Below, one piece after another: positions 13,163-26,325 of a stretch of DNA of 64,000 bases (position 1 is its first letter; the number at the start of each line of letters is the position of its first letter). The stretch spans positions 109,678,001 to 109,742,000 of the forward strand of contig OZ024740.1 of assembly GCA_964016885.1 (NCBI GenBank), read 5' to 3'. Source of the stretch: Eledone cirrhosa (taxonomy: Eukaryota). A program made the translations under genes and the position numbers. Under the pieces are notes generated by a model, which saw only the letters and a list, made by a program, of their open reading frames with translations, ran no database searches and had not been told where the DNA came from.

Positions 13163-14872
13163 GCTGTATTGGAGAGGACTGGTCTAACCCATGCTGTACT
13201 GAAGAGGACTGGTCTAACTCATGCAGTACTGGAGATGACTGGTCTAACCCATGCTGTACTGGAGAGGATTGGTCTAACTCATGCTGTATTGGAGAGGACT
13301 GGTCTAACCCATGCTGTACTGGAGAGGACTGGTCTAACCCATGCTGTACTGGAGAGGACTGGTCTAACCCATGCTGTACTGGAGAGAACTGGTTTAATCC
13401 ATGCTGTACTGGAGAGGACTGGTCTAACCCATGCTGTACTGGAGAGGACTGGTCTAACCCATGCTGTACTGGAGAGGACTGGTCTAACCCATGCTGTACT
13501 GGAGAGGACTGGTCTATCCCATGCTGTACTGGAAAGGACTGGTCTAACCCATGCTGTACTGGAGAGGATTGGTTTATCCCATGCTGTACTGGAGAGGACT
13601 GGTCTAACCCATGCTGTACTGGAGAGGACTGGTCTAACTCATGCTGTACTGGAGAGGACTGGTCTAACCCATGCTGTACTGGAGAGGACTGGTCTAACCC
13701 ATGCTGTACTGGACAGGATTGGTCTAACTCATGCTGTACTGGAGAGGACTGGTCTAACCCATGCTGTACTGGAGAGGACTGGTCTAACCCATGCTGTACT
13801 GGAGAGGACTGGTCTAACCCATGCTGTACTGGAGAGGACTGGTCTAACTCATGCTGTACTGGAGAGGACTGGTCTAACCCATGCTGTACTGGAGAGGACT
13901 GGTCTAACCCATGCTGTACTGGACAGGATTGGGCTAACTCATGCTGTACTGGAGAGGACTGGTCTAACCCATGCTGTATTGGAGAGGATTGGTCTATCCC
14001 ATGCTGTACTGGAGAGGACTGGTCTAACCCATGCTGTACTGGAGAGGACTGGTCTATCCCATGCTGTACTGGAGAGGATTGGTCTAACTCACGCTGTACT
14101 GGAGAGGATTGGTCTAACCCATGCTGTACTGGAGAGGATTGGGCTAACCCATGCTGTACTGGAGAGGACTGGTTTAACCCATGCTGTACTGGAGAGGACT
14201 GGTTTAACCCATGCTGTACTGGAGAGGACTGGTCTAACCCATGCTGTACTGGAGAGGATTGGTCTAACCCATGCTGTACTGGAGAGGATTGGTCTATCCC
14301 ATGCTGTACTGGAGAGGATTGGTCTATCCCATGCTGTACTGGAGAGGACTGGTCTAACCCATGCTGTACTGGAGAGGACTGGTTTAACCCATGCTGTACT
14401 GGAGAGGACTGGTTTAACCCATGCTGTACTGGAGAGGACTGGTCTAACCCATGCTGTACTGGAGAGGACTGGTTTAACCCATGCTGTATTGGAGAGGACT
14501 GGTCTAACCCATGCTGTACTGGAAAGGATTGGTCTAACTCATGCTGTACTGGAGAGGACTGGTCTAACCCATGCTGTACTGGAGAGGATTGGTCTAACCC
14601 ATGCTGTACTGGAGAGGACTGGTCTAACTCATGCTGTACTGGAGAGGATTGGTCTAACCCATGCTGTATTGGAGAGGACTGGTCTAACCCATGCTGTATT
14701 GGAGAGGACTGGTCTAACTCATGCTGTACTGGAGAGGATTGGTCTAACTCATGCTGTACTGGAGAGGACTGGTTTAACCCATGCTGTACTGGAGAGGACT
14801 GGTCTAACCCATGCTGTATTGGAGAGGACTGGTCTAACCCATGCTGTACTGGAGAGGATTGGTCTATCCCAT
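13133..14872 (+). repeat. 30-bp minisatellite, ~58 copies, no indels (GCTGTACTGGAGAGGACTGGTCTAACCCAT)
   Basis: Exact 30-nt period throughout; reads (AVLERTGLTH)n in one open frame (13061..14896). Confidence 0.98.
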
Positions 14873-16079
14873 ATGAGCACAGAAAACCAGATATAAAAAT
14901 GCTGACTATTGCTTGTGAGTGATGATGACTGACAAGTCATGGAAGGTATGATATAGTAAATACAACTGAGATGGATCTTCACGTGGTAGTGGTTGGAAAG
15001 AGGTGGGGGAAGAATGGTAGCAGAGTTCTTTAATATAAATAACATAAACATTTATTGAATGGCATGAAACTGTCTGGAAAGCAACCATCAAAAACTGCCA
15101 ACCCACCACCCTCCCCTGTATCTCCCAAAACTGACCAATTCACAGACATCAATCAGATTTCACCTGTTATCTTTTATCAATAGGTAGAAATGTTCATACA
15201 CTACTTTGATCTTTGTGGCACTGATTTACTGTTATTGCATAGCATTTTCCAATGGTGTTATTATCTCTGTGGGACTATAACTAACTATACAACACCCACT
15301 TGAAATAGAAAGAAGACATGAAAGAAAGAAAAAATAAATAAATAAAGAGAGAAGCCATTCCTCACTGCTCTGCCACTACCTCCTCCTTTAATGAAACTAG
15401 GTGAAAGTCTTTTGAAGTGAAGAATTTTTATATCCAATATCATTTTAGACTTTATATCATCATCATATTCTGACTAATCTCATTACTTGCTGCATATTCC
15501 TCAATGGATGTTAAATTACTCCAAGGAATAGCAAAATAAATGCTTTCCCTCTTTCTTCTTTCAATCCCAAACTTTTCAACAAGAAAATATATATGTGTAA
15601 ATGGTTATATGTACAGGCAGCATGGTTAAAGAATTTGTTAGTTTGCTTCATAACTATGTTGTTCTAGATTCAGTCATGCTGCACAGCAGATTGAACAAGT
15701 GTTTTCTACTATAGCCTTCATTTGACCAGTGCCTTGTGAGTGAAATTTGGTAAACAGAAACTGCAGAAATCTGTCATATATATCATCATCATCATCACCG
15801 TTTTACGTCCGTTCTATATATATGTGTGTGAGTGTATATATATATACACACATATATATCATCATCATTATCGCTTTAATGTCTGCTTTCCCTGCTAGCA
15901 AAGGTTGGATGGGTCTAAATAAACGAAGACAGTGCTCAAGCTGGGCTACTGACCTCGCGGACAGGAGAGGGATCCGTGTCTCGCTTATATATGGTCTTGT
16001 GTGTGTGTGTGTATTTATGTCCTATAACTTATTGGTTCGACAAATAAAAGGTTGATTGAATAAGATAGGTTTGCTGCTG

Positions 16080-16293
16080 AGTGCTACATGGCAGCAATGA
16101 CAATCAGTGCTACATGGCAGGCATGACAATCAGTGCTACATGGCAGGCATGACAATCAGTACTACATGGCAAGAATGACTATCAGCGCTACATGGCAGGG
16201 CTGAAAATCAGTGCTACATGGCAGGAATGATTACCAGTGCTACATGGCAGGAATGAAAATCAGTGCTACATGGCAGGAATGACAATTAGTGCT
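16080..16293. repeat. 26-bp minisatellite, ~8 copies
   Basis: Unit agtgctacatggcagg(a/c)atgacaatc. Confidence 0.92.
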
Positions 16294-16902
16294 GTCCAGA
16301 AATCTGCTAGAACAAATAGCACTACATTCTATCTGATGCACTCACAACTCTACTAATCAACTCCCTTATTGTAATACCTACAAATAGAATCTATAAATGA
16401 ATGAAGTTCCACCAACTAAGGCAGCCATCATTGGGATGCCACCCAAGATGTTTGACTGTGTGTTTATTATGGTGTTTCAATGGGTTTTAGAAATGTTTAG
16501 CAATGCTTGCCTCCTCTCAAAGCATCAAGTCTGTCACTAAGTTTAGCCTGTCAGCAGAAGCAGTTACTGGGGTGCAGCTGAACCCCCCCCCCCCCCCTCC
16601 CGAGTGAACAGTGAGCATACTCTTGCTTTGTTATATAAATATGTTGTCAGTTGATGTGAAAGCTGCTGTTCGAGGAAATCAAAATATGTAAATAGATTCA
16701 CACATCATATAGTTTGTTACAAAAGAGTCAGACTTTATAATACACTGTTTCATGCTGAAATCTCCCTGAGAACTGTGTTAAGGGTACCTATGGAATGCTC
16801 AGCCACTTGCGTATTAATTTTATTAGCAGGCTGTTCGATTTCTCAAAGAACTAGAACACCTGTCAGAACTGATGAAGGCCCAATACACATCTAGTTAAAC
16901 AC

Positions 16903-17195
16903 AGCAATGGCCAAATAGTTGAGAAGTTCACTTCGCAATCATAAGGTCGCAGGTTCAATCCCAGTGTGGCATCTTGGGCAAGTATTATTTACCATAGCCT
17001 TGGATCAACCCATGCTTTGTGAGTGAATTTGGGTAGATGGAAACTGTTTGAAAGCATTTTGGTACCTGTAATTTATGAAGCCAGCCTTGTTACATACTGT
17101 GGAATGCTCAGGCACTTACATGTTAATTTCATGTGCAGGATGTTCTGTTGATCAAATAACTGGAACACTCATCGTTGACACTGATGGAGAGCCAT
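16903..17195 (+). mobile_element. tRNA-derived SINE
   Basis: A-box tggccaaatagttgag, B-box ggttcaatccc, then ttgggcaagt and a tail shared with 3880-4270 and 56340-56520. Confidence 0.75.
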
Positions 17196-17542
17196 TCCTT
17201 CCATTCCAGTTTGTCAGTTGGTATATTAACCCCCTTGATATCAAACCAACTTAAAACCACCCCTGGTTCTATGATACAAAACTGGCCATTTTAAAGTGTT
17301 CATACATTAAATCCTTCATACATAATTTTAAGTAAGAATTTACAAATATTATCTTAAGTTAAAAGTTCGCTAAATTCCTAAATTTTTGTTACCATTTTCA
17401 AAATTAATTGAAATGCATCAGCAGTGAATTTCATTAGAAATATGGTAACAAAAGGATTACATGAAATGGTGAATTATAAATTGGTTTCTTACACTAGCAA
17501 TTAGATTTTTGTTGTTGTGCAAATGAGCAATTCCATCTTAAA

Positions 17543-17573
<31 letters not shown>

Positions 17574-18649
17574 CTTGTAGCAGTAATCCCATCTTAAAGG
17601 AACCCCCATCCTCAGCCCTCAGACACGCCCACCTTCTAGCAGTGGTGAAATTTATTGACAGACAGATGCCTGCTGACTTTGGAATGATTCATACCATATT
17701 ATGGAATATCATGGAGGGTATCCTCAATAGTGGCATGTTTATTACAAACATTTCATGTTTGGACATTGATTAACCAATAATTAAAAATAACCAAAAAATA
17801 TTCCTTTTTCAAAAAGGAGAGAGGAAAGGAGTTGATTGTTAGATGTCTCTGATATGGATACTGTGAAGTTGTGTGGCCTAGTGGTTATGGTATTGGACTC
17901 TTAACCATAAAGTATGAGTTTGATTCCTTGATAAGGTGGTGCATGGTGTTCTTGAGCAAGACACTCCATTTCATGCTACTTTTCATGATAGGACTGGGGT
18001 CCCTACCATTAGCATTTACATTACTCTGTATATACTATTGTATTTTTGTGGTAAAGGCTTTATCTTACATAATTATCTCACTTAATATTGAATCTACGAG
18101 ATTTTGATGTTATTTATTTTAGAACAATACCCTAACGTCAGTATCAGTGGCCAGTTATGGCCGGTTTGAATAGAAAAAGGTGAGAGAATGCTGGCCAGAA
18201 ACAGGTGGTTTAAATGTTAAAGGGTTAAAATAACCTAGAAACTGCCTATGGAATGCAAAATGCACCCTCATAGGAGGCCATCAAAATCTGAATAGGTGTG
18301 AGCTGTAAATTTAATTTTGTTTTTCATTGCTAATATTATATTTCAGTTGCAATTCCTTGTAGAAAGAGGTTGGATTTGAACTCAGAAGACACAGAGATGA
18401 ATTAGATACTGTAAACTATTCTCCTGTTCAACTTTTTAACAACTCTGTTAATCCACTGCCTCAATACAGGTACTTAATTTATTGACTCCAAAAGATTGTA
18501 ATGAGCTAAAATACATACCATGGCATCTTTTCAATAAATCTTTATATGCAACCATCATGCATACTGAACTGTGAGTTGTTTTTCTACATATAGAGTATCT
18601 ATAAAAAAGACTGGGATACACACCAGTTTGAATAAATCAGTTTATAATA

Positions 18650-18870
18650 ATTGTTTCTATTTTAGGCAGAAGGCCAGTAGTTTGAAGGGGAGGGAAAAGT
18701 TGATTAAATTGACCCCAGTGCATTACTGGTGCTTTATTTTATCGACCCTGTAAGGATGAAAGGTAAAGCTAATCTTGGCGGGATTTGAACTTAGAACATA
18801 AAGGGCCATAACTCTATGCTGCGAAGCATATTGGCCGACACTCTACCGATACTGCCAATCCACCGCCCTA
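18650..18870 (-). mobile_element. tRNA-derived SINE (family of 31715-31930 and 49287-49472)
   Basis: Minus strand ggcggtggattggcagtatcggtagag...gttcaaatcccgcc...ctttcatccttacagggtcgataaaataaagcaccag. Confidence 0.85.
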
Positions 18871-19887
18871 TAAATCAGTTTATAATAATGACTTCTTTAG
18901 TGACCACAAGGCCCCTCAATGTAAAAGAAAGGTGTATGAGGGGTTTACATAAATTAAAGGAAAGGGGACACCAACAAATAAAAAAAAGTTGTTATAACAA
19001 TAACAATAACTTGAATAAATAGTCATAATAAATTACAAAATTATAATAAAAGTCTGCTAAGAAAAGTTCTTTAGGATAATTGAAGAGAAAACCAGCAGTG
19101 TAAACCCCAAATTACACTGTTGTATTAAGGGCATAAGAGTAAACCTCTTCTGTTTTCTGTCCTACTTAGTAAAAAATAGTCAGAGTAGGCCCATTCAGCT
19201 TTGTCAGTCTCTTTGCTCTCACCTATCTTCTGTAAAACACACTAATAATGATAAGGATAATTCCTCACCTTATAATTTCAGAAAAAAATGGAAGTAAGAT
19301 TTGTGAAAGGGAAAAAATGCAACAATATGAGTGCCATTACAACATAGCTACCAGCATCACCATTACCACCACTACCACCATTACCACATAGCCGGCTCCT
19401 TTCAAGAAATATAACACCACCACCCACCCACCTCACTCCTGCCACCTTGTTTGGAATCCAAACTTCAAGCCTTTGAAATGTCAGATATTTTTCATGTTTT
19501 TGAAAAACAAAGGTCAGATGAAAAAGTTTGAGTAAATTGACAAATTATTATTATTATCATCATTGTTATTATTAGTAGTAAGTAGATTGGCAAAATAGTA
19601 GTAGTAGTAGTGTTAGTATTTTAGAAAGTAAATTACAAAGTAGTATTATTAGTTTTGGTATTGGTAGCATTAGTAAAGTAAAATAGCAGGAAACAAATTG
19701 AACCATGAATGACTGAAGTTTTCTGATTGTTCTTCATATATCAGACATCAGACAAGCTAGACAGTATCAATGGGACATCTATATATATATTTGTGTATGC
19801 AAAAGGCAAATAGAAATAACAAAGCAAACGACACAGTACAATGAAGAAATATATTATTTGTTTTACGCTTGATATAGTAGGAAAAGA

Positions 19888-19924
19888 GTCTTAACGTTTC
19901 GGATACTAGTCCTTCATCAAAAAA
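19888..19924 (-). ncRNA. Decayed minimal type-I hammerhead in a PLE pLTR-like repeat (copies at 21861-21900 and 25801-25840)
   Basis: Minus strand TTGATGA-A-gga-ctagta-tcc-GAAA-cg-TT-aaga. The three-copy consensus restores tctt-CTGANGA...GAAA-cg-TT-aaga. Confidence 0.6.
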
Positions 19925-19975
19925 TAGAATGAGAAATTAAAGAAGAAATAGAAAGTTTGAGGTGATGGGCAGTAT

Positions 19976-20006
<31 letters not shown>

Positions 20007-20034
20007 ACCACATATATCTGTATACAAAAAGAAA

Positions 20035-20350
20035 ATTGGCACTCTGTCGGTTACGACAGGGTGCCAATTAATTTGATCAATAGAACAGCCTGCTCATGAA
20101 ATTTATCGCAAAGTGGCTGAGTATTCCACAGACACATGTATCCTTAACATAGCTCTCAGGGTGATTCAGCATGACACTAAATGTGACAAGGCTGGCCCTT
20201 TGAATTACAGATACAACTTACTTTTGCCAGCTGACTAGAGCAACGTGAAATAAAGTTTCTTGCTTAAGGAAACAACACACCACCATGAATTGAACTCACG
20301 ACCTTACAATCATAAGCCGAATACCCTAACCACTAAGCCATGCTACTTTA
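20035..20350 (-). mobile_element. tRNA-derived SINE
   Basis: Minus strand catggcttagtggttagggtattcggc...gtgagttcaattc...ttgtttccttaagcaagaaactttatttcacgttgctc. Confidence 0.85.
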
Positions 20351-20549
20351 CATATACATAGACACATAAACATACACACACACACACACACATATATATC
20401 TATATCTAGAGCACTGGCCTTGCAATCAAAAGGTTGTGAGTACAATTCTCAGACCGGGTGATGTGTTGTTTCCTTGAGCAAGACACTTTATTTCACATTG
20501 CTCCAGTTTACTCAGCTGTAGAAATGAGATGATAGGGACTGGGGTCCCT

Positions 20550-20773
20550 ATCATTCCACTGCAAAGTGGTCGTGGAGGTGCCACGGCAAAAAAAGCACCC
20601 AGCCCACACTGTAAAGTGGACGTGTAGGTGCCACGGCAAAAAAGCACCCAGCACTCACTGTAAATGAGGTTGGTGTTAGGAAGGGCATCCAGCTGTAGAA
20701 ATCAAGCCAGAATCAGTTCCCGTCCCACCCTTGCAAGCAGGGAAAAGCGGACGTAAAATGATGATGATGATGA
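20550..20773 (+). mobile_element. RTE 3' UTR fragment
   Basis: Matches 22420-22575 closely; ends in (GAT)n. Confidence 0.85.
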
Positions 20774-21356
20774 TATATAAAACTGAGGATGTCTGTCTGT
20801 GTGTGTGTGAGTTTGAATCCCTAAAACTAGAGAACCACCTAACCGACTGTTTTCAAACTTTACACATGTAATACTTATGTAAGGGAGTGTTCTGAGCAAA
20901 AAGAATTTCAAATTTTCAATGCCCTAGGGACATTGCTTAGGCGATTCATCGATCTCTCTCTATAATTGTTAGTCTTTCTCTTTTTAGATAGATACATACG
21001 TATAACATCGCGCCCTTATAATATCTCTATGTATGTCTGGCTGTCTGCATTACGTCACTTCCTACAATTCGCTCTGCGTCCAGAATGCACCCTATAATAT
21101 CTGTCTGTATGTCTGGCTGTCTACTGCCTCCAGTTATTCTGCCACCCTTGCTCAAGACAAATCTCACACTCATTCCCCAAACAGTTGGTAAGTGCACACA
21201 ACTTCTTCCTCACGTTTTAAGCCACAGTGTTGCTTACTTACGTACCACCAGACCCTTACTTCTTTGCCAGCTGTAGTTGTGGCAATATTAAGCTTAGCTA
21301 AGGTGGTTATATATTTCACAATACCTTATCCTGTGCAACGCCGGGTACCACTGCTA

Positions 21357-21357
<1 letters not shown>
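20774..21357 (+). mobile_element. Non-autonomous Helitron, family B
   Basis: 5' tatataaaactgaggatgtctgtctgt. 3' cctgtgcaacgccgggtaccactgCTAG|T gives a short GC-rich hairpin plus CTAG before T. No TIR or TSD. Confidence 0.75.
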
Positions 21358-21419
<62 letters not shown>

Positions 21420-21539
21420 TATGTCTATCTCGGGTTTAATTGGGGGTCACCACAGTAAGTAAGGTACTCAATACATAGCAAAGTATAAATATTTAATATA
21501 GAAATGGCCTCTACAGGACTAGAACTGTTTCCTGATGAT

Positions 21540-21639
<100 letters not shown>

Positions 21640-22099
21640 CAGGATAGAACCAGTTTAAAACTAGTTAGACCATTACTCAACAGAGTACTCAATACTTGGG
21701 GTAGTAGAGTATGCCAATATTATAAAGAGTCGTGATCTGATGGCTGAGCTCTTGCTGTTTCAACAGCTAGTTCCAGTAAAAGGTAAGCAGAAATAAAGCA
21801 AATGACACAGTACATTGAAGAAATATATATTAGTTTAATGCTTAAAATAATAGGAAAAGCGTCTTAATGTTTTGGACACTAGTGCTTCGCAAGAAGATAG
21901 AATTAGAAATAGAAGATAAAATAGAAAAATAGAGAATGAGAAGAGAAAAGAACAGAGAAAAAAAAGAGAAGAAAAAAAAGAGAAAAAAAAGGGGGGGGTG
22001 ACAAGTACATATTCAGGCAGACATCACACACATATACATATATATAAGCACGCATACACACTTACATATATATATATACATATATATAATAAATGAATT

Positions 22100-22688
22100 G
22101 AGAGAGAGAGACTGAGCATAAGAGGAATCAAATGCTGTATGCAGGAGAGGCGATTGTGTTGGTATGGACATGTGATGCGTATGAAGGATGACAGCTGCAT
22201 AAAAACGTGCAGAGCACTAGAAGTCAATGGAAACCGCGGAGTGGGGAGACCCAAGAAGACTTGGGATGAGGTGATAAAAGCCGACCTTACCCAATTACAC
22301 CTCTCAAAGGCGATAACACACGACCGTGACCTCTGGCGTCACGCAGTAACACAGAAGATGCGACCCCCTATGGGTACAAGCTGAAGCTGAAGCATATAGA
22401 CAATATGCCCCACCCCCTCCCACTGCAAGGTGGTCGTGGAGGTGCCACGGCAAAAAAGCACCCAGGCCACACTGTAAAGTGGACGTGTAGGCGCCACGGA
22501 AAAGAAGCACCCAGCACTCACTGTAAATGAGGTTGGTGTTAGGAAGGGCATCCAGCTGTAGAAATCAAGCCAGAAGCAGTTCCTGTATGAGAAAGACAAG
22601 GTCAGCCGACACTGCCCACAACAGGACAACCCGTCTAACCCATGCTAGCGTGGAAGAACGGACGTAAAACGGTGTTGATGACAATGAT
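22100..22688 (+). mobile_element. RTE LINE 3' fragment
   Basis: MQERRLCWYGHVMRMKDDSCIK...GVGRPKKTW followed by the RTE 3' UTR and a GAT tail. Confidence 0.92.
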
Positions 22689-22789
22689 ATATATATATAT
22701 ATACATACACACACACAATATACATGTGTGTGGATAATATGAGGAATTGGTTAAGAGTGTACAGAATCATGTACATATCTTTGTTATGG

Positions 22790-23705
22790 TGTGTGTGTGT
22801 AGATGTATGTGTGTGGGGTGATGTATGTGTATGTGGGGTGATGTATGTGTGTGTGGAGATGTATGTGTGGTGATGTATGTGTGGTGATGTATGTGTGTGT
22901 GTGTGTGTGCAGCTGTACTTGTGGTGGTGCTGTGTGTATGTGTCTGCAGCTGTATTTGTGGTGATGATGATGATGTGTATGTGCAGGGGCGATGTATGTG
23001 TGTGTTGGTGTGTGACTGTGTACAGCTGTATTTGTGCAGTGATATATGTGTATGTGTGTGTGTGTGTGTGTGCAGCTGTATCTGTGGTGGTAGTGATGTG
23101 TATGTGAGTGTGTATGTGTGTGTGTATACAGCTGTATTTGTGGTGGTGATGATGTGTGTGTGCAGCTTTATCTGTGGTGATGATGATGTGTGTGTGTGTG
23201 TGTGCGCGTGTGTGTACAGCTGTATCTGTGGTGGTAGTGATGTGTGTGTGTACATGTGTGTGTATGCAGCTGTATTTGTGGTGGTGATGATGTGTGTGTG
23301 TGTTGGTCTGTGCATGTGTGTGTGCAGCTGTATATGTGGTGGTGATGATGTATGTGTGTGTGTGTGCAGCTGTTTATGTGGTGGTGATGATGTATGTATG
23401 TGTGTATGTGTGTGCAGCTGTATCTGTGGTGACAATGATGTATGTATGTATGTATGTATGTATGTATGTGTGTGTGTGTGTGCAACTGTATCTGTGGTGA
23501 CAATGATGTATGTATGTATGTATGTATGTATGTATGTATGTATGTATGTATGTGTGCATCTGTATCTGTGGTGACAATGATATATGTATGTATGTATGTA
23601 TGTGTGTATATGTGTGTGTGCAGCTGTATCTGTAATGACAGTGATGTATATATGTATGTATGTGTGTGTGCAGCTGTATCTGTGGTGACAATGTGTGGTG
23701 ATGTG
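22790..23705. repeat. Compound minisatellite: GCAGCTGTATCTGTGGTG(GTG/ACA)ATG anchors separated by variable (TG)n/(TATG)n
   Basis: The CAGCTG-containing anchor recurs about 16 times. Confidence 0.9.
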
Positions 23706-23723
23706 AAATGTTAACTAAATAAG

Positions 23724-24042
23724 TGCAGTGAGGGAGTGAATGACTTTAAATGTTAAAACTTCATGAAAACAACTCTATAGACAAAAGCCACAATGGTCAC
23801 TGAGAACTGTTAAGTCTGTTGGTGGTGCTGGTTGGTAGTAGAAATACTATGACAGAGAGTGGTGGTGGTGGTGGTGTTTTTGTGTGGGTTCCTTCTCCCC
23901 TTCATGTGAACATAGACCATATGTGGTTTGTGACTTAAGTTCAAAAAACAGTACCAGCACGATTGATGAGAAAGTGAATTAAGTTGATAATTTAACATTT
24001 AATGTCCTGTACCGCATGAAATCACATTAGCAAGACATTCTT
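23724..24042 (+). repeat. ~320-bp direct duplication of 32829-33149
   Basis: Collinear high similarity with small indels (GGT run length; 14-nt indel near 33045). Confidence 0.9.
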
Positions 24043-24624
24043 GATAGGCAAAAAATGACACTGGCTTGTAGCAAATTTTCACAAAGATCTGTCCACTATT
24101 AAAAATACTATGAACATTTGAATTAACAAACCTGTAATTAGCAGTTTTCTACTAAATAATTACAGGAAGTAAAGTGCTGAGACCTTTCCTGTAATGTGTT
24201 GAGACAGGAGACTCAGGGCTAGACCTTGAGCAAGATGCTGGGATAACATCCATGAGCTTGGCTGGTCTTGCTTGGGGATCCAGCTGGATCAATTAGAGGG
24301 AGTTGCTTCTGATAGGACCCACTGGAAAGAGTGCTTGGGGACTCTGCCCCACGGCCCTACCAGGAATAAGTGGTCAAAGAAGACACACACATTTATATAT
24401 GTATGTATTTCTCCCTCTCTCTCTCTCTTTATATATATAGATTAGGAGTTATCTATTTATCATCAAAACAGCAAGAGCTCAGCTGTCATGCACTAACTCT
24501 TTACTATATATAAGAAGATGCAGGAAGCTCAGATGCAAAAAATAGCAGCAATTACAGTCAGTTGCTATAAAATAGCTTATAAAAATTGAGTAAAGACCCT
24601 CAGAGACGGAAAAAATGTCACCAG

Positions 24625-24698
24625 TGGCCATTATGAAGAATCGAACTCAGTATCTCCCAGATATCAGCTCGGTGCTCTAACCATTGAGCTAAAGGGAC
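24625..24698 (-). pseudogene. tRNA-like sequence (anticodon position GAT), degraded, followed by T6
   Basis: GTCCCTT-TA-GCTC-AATGGTTA-GAGC-A-CCGAG-CTGATAT-CTGGG-AGATA-CTGAG-TTCGATT-CTTCA-TAATGGC-CA. The D-arm is intact, the acceptor and T stems are mismatched, and TTTTTT lies at 24615-24610. Confidence 0.65.
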
Positions 24699-25987
24699 GC
24701 CTGACATCTTACTGTCTAAATAAGGAGCTGAAAATATAAACAAACATGTGTGAAGCTTGAATTTTCAAATCTATTAAGCGCCAACCTTTCTATATCTTAT
24801 AAATTCATTTCTTCACCACTTGTTTCTTTCCTTTGTGTGTATGTGTGTATGTATGTGTATATATATTTTCCACGCTAGCATGGTTTAGATGAGTTGTCCC
24901 ATCAGTTGTGAGACAAGTCAGATCAGGTGACTATGTCTTGTTTATACTGAACTATTTCTGGCTTGGTTTCTATGGCTGGATGCTCATCCCAACACAACCA
25001 TATTACAGTGTGAACTAGGTGCTTTTTATTGTGGCACCAACATGACCAACTGACAAGTTGGACTGGGTATTTTTTCATCATTTCACAAGCAAGACCACCA
25101 TACAGGGTGGATTGGGTGCTCTTTTGTCATGTCCCCAACACAACCACTTTATAAGGTGAAATGAGTGCTTTTTGTCATATATACCATCATATCATCATCA
25201 TTTAATATTTGTTTTCCTAGTTATTAGCAAGGGTTAAATGGGCCTTCACAGACAATGTCAGTACTCAAACGCGACTGGTGAAGTGTCAGTTTAAAACTAC
25301 TCAGTTAAGGCTTGAAGGACAATGATAAACAGAAGTGGACTGAGGACTGAGCCCTGCTGGACCACACCTGCACTTCAAATTCATCTGTGTGTGCATTGCC
25401 AACTCTCACTTAGTCTGGTTGCATCTTTATACATAGCTTGTATGGCTCTGCTAGAAATAGCACACAAAACTCCCACAAATCACACAACATTTTAAGGTCA
25501 ATTTCCCTGCTTAAGCAGGGGTTAATCTTGTTGGGTCAATGTTTTGCAGCTAGATGCTCATCTTGGCATCAATATTTTTAGTTGCCTCTTACAACATGCA
25601 GCAATACAGTGTATTTATTCTCAACTGGATACACACAGCAAAACTACACATTACCTGTGACTAAATAACAACACAGGATAAGTGAATTATGAGCTAAAAC
25701 AATATATATGTGAAAAATCAATTAGTAAATACAACACAGAAAAATGACACAGTACAACAAAGATATATATTAGTTTAATGCTTGATATAGTAGGGAAAAT
25801 GTCTTAAGGTTTCAGATGTTAGTTCTTCACCAGAAGATAGAATGGCAAAAAGAAGAGAAAATAGAGAGGTAACTGAGAGTAAGAAGAGGAAGAAACAGAA
25901 AACAAGTTTTTACAGGAGGAAATATGTGCATAATGCACTCAGTACACTCTGTAAAGTGCTGGTGCCATTTTATAATGCACCCAATAC

Positions 25988-26325
25988 ATGAAGTCGCATG
26001 GCTTAGTGGTTAGAGCATCGGGCTTATAATCATTAAGGTGTGAGTTTGATTCCCAGATGGCGCAAAGTGTTGTGTTCTTGAGAAAGACACTTTATTTCAC
26101 ATTGCTCCAGTTTACTCAGCTGTAGAAATGAGTTGCGACGTCACTCGTACCAAGCTGTATTGGCCATTGCCTTTCCCTTGGACAACATAGGTGTCATGGA
26201 GAGGGGAGACTGGTATGCATGGGCCACTGCTGGTCTTCCACAAACAACCTTGCCCGAACTTGTGCCTCGGAAGACAACATTCTAGGTGCAAATCCTATGG
26301 TCACTTGTAAACGAAGAGGGCCTTT
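25988..26325 (+). mobile_element. Full-length tRNA-derived SINE (reverse copy at ~51000-51285)
   Basis: A-box tggcttagtggttagagc, B-box gagtttgattcc, central ttgtgttcttgagaaagacactttatttcac; tail homologous to 51000-51150. Confidence 0.85.

Noticed and set aside
13133-16293. 30-bp and 26-bp arrays as CRISPR-like loci
   Set aside because: Head-to-tail repeats with no unique spacers, no cas genes and a eukaryotic context.
22767-23714. Cys/Val-rich and His/Thr-rich ORFs (metallothionein- or keratin-associated-like)
   Set aside because: Products of (TG)n spacers of variable, non-triplet length.
24625-24698. Functional tRNA-Ile(GAU) gene
   Set aside because: Acceptor stem has three mismatches, T-stem two and anticodon stem one; kept only as a pseudogene or tRNA-like unit.
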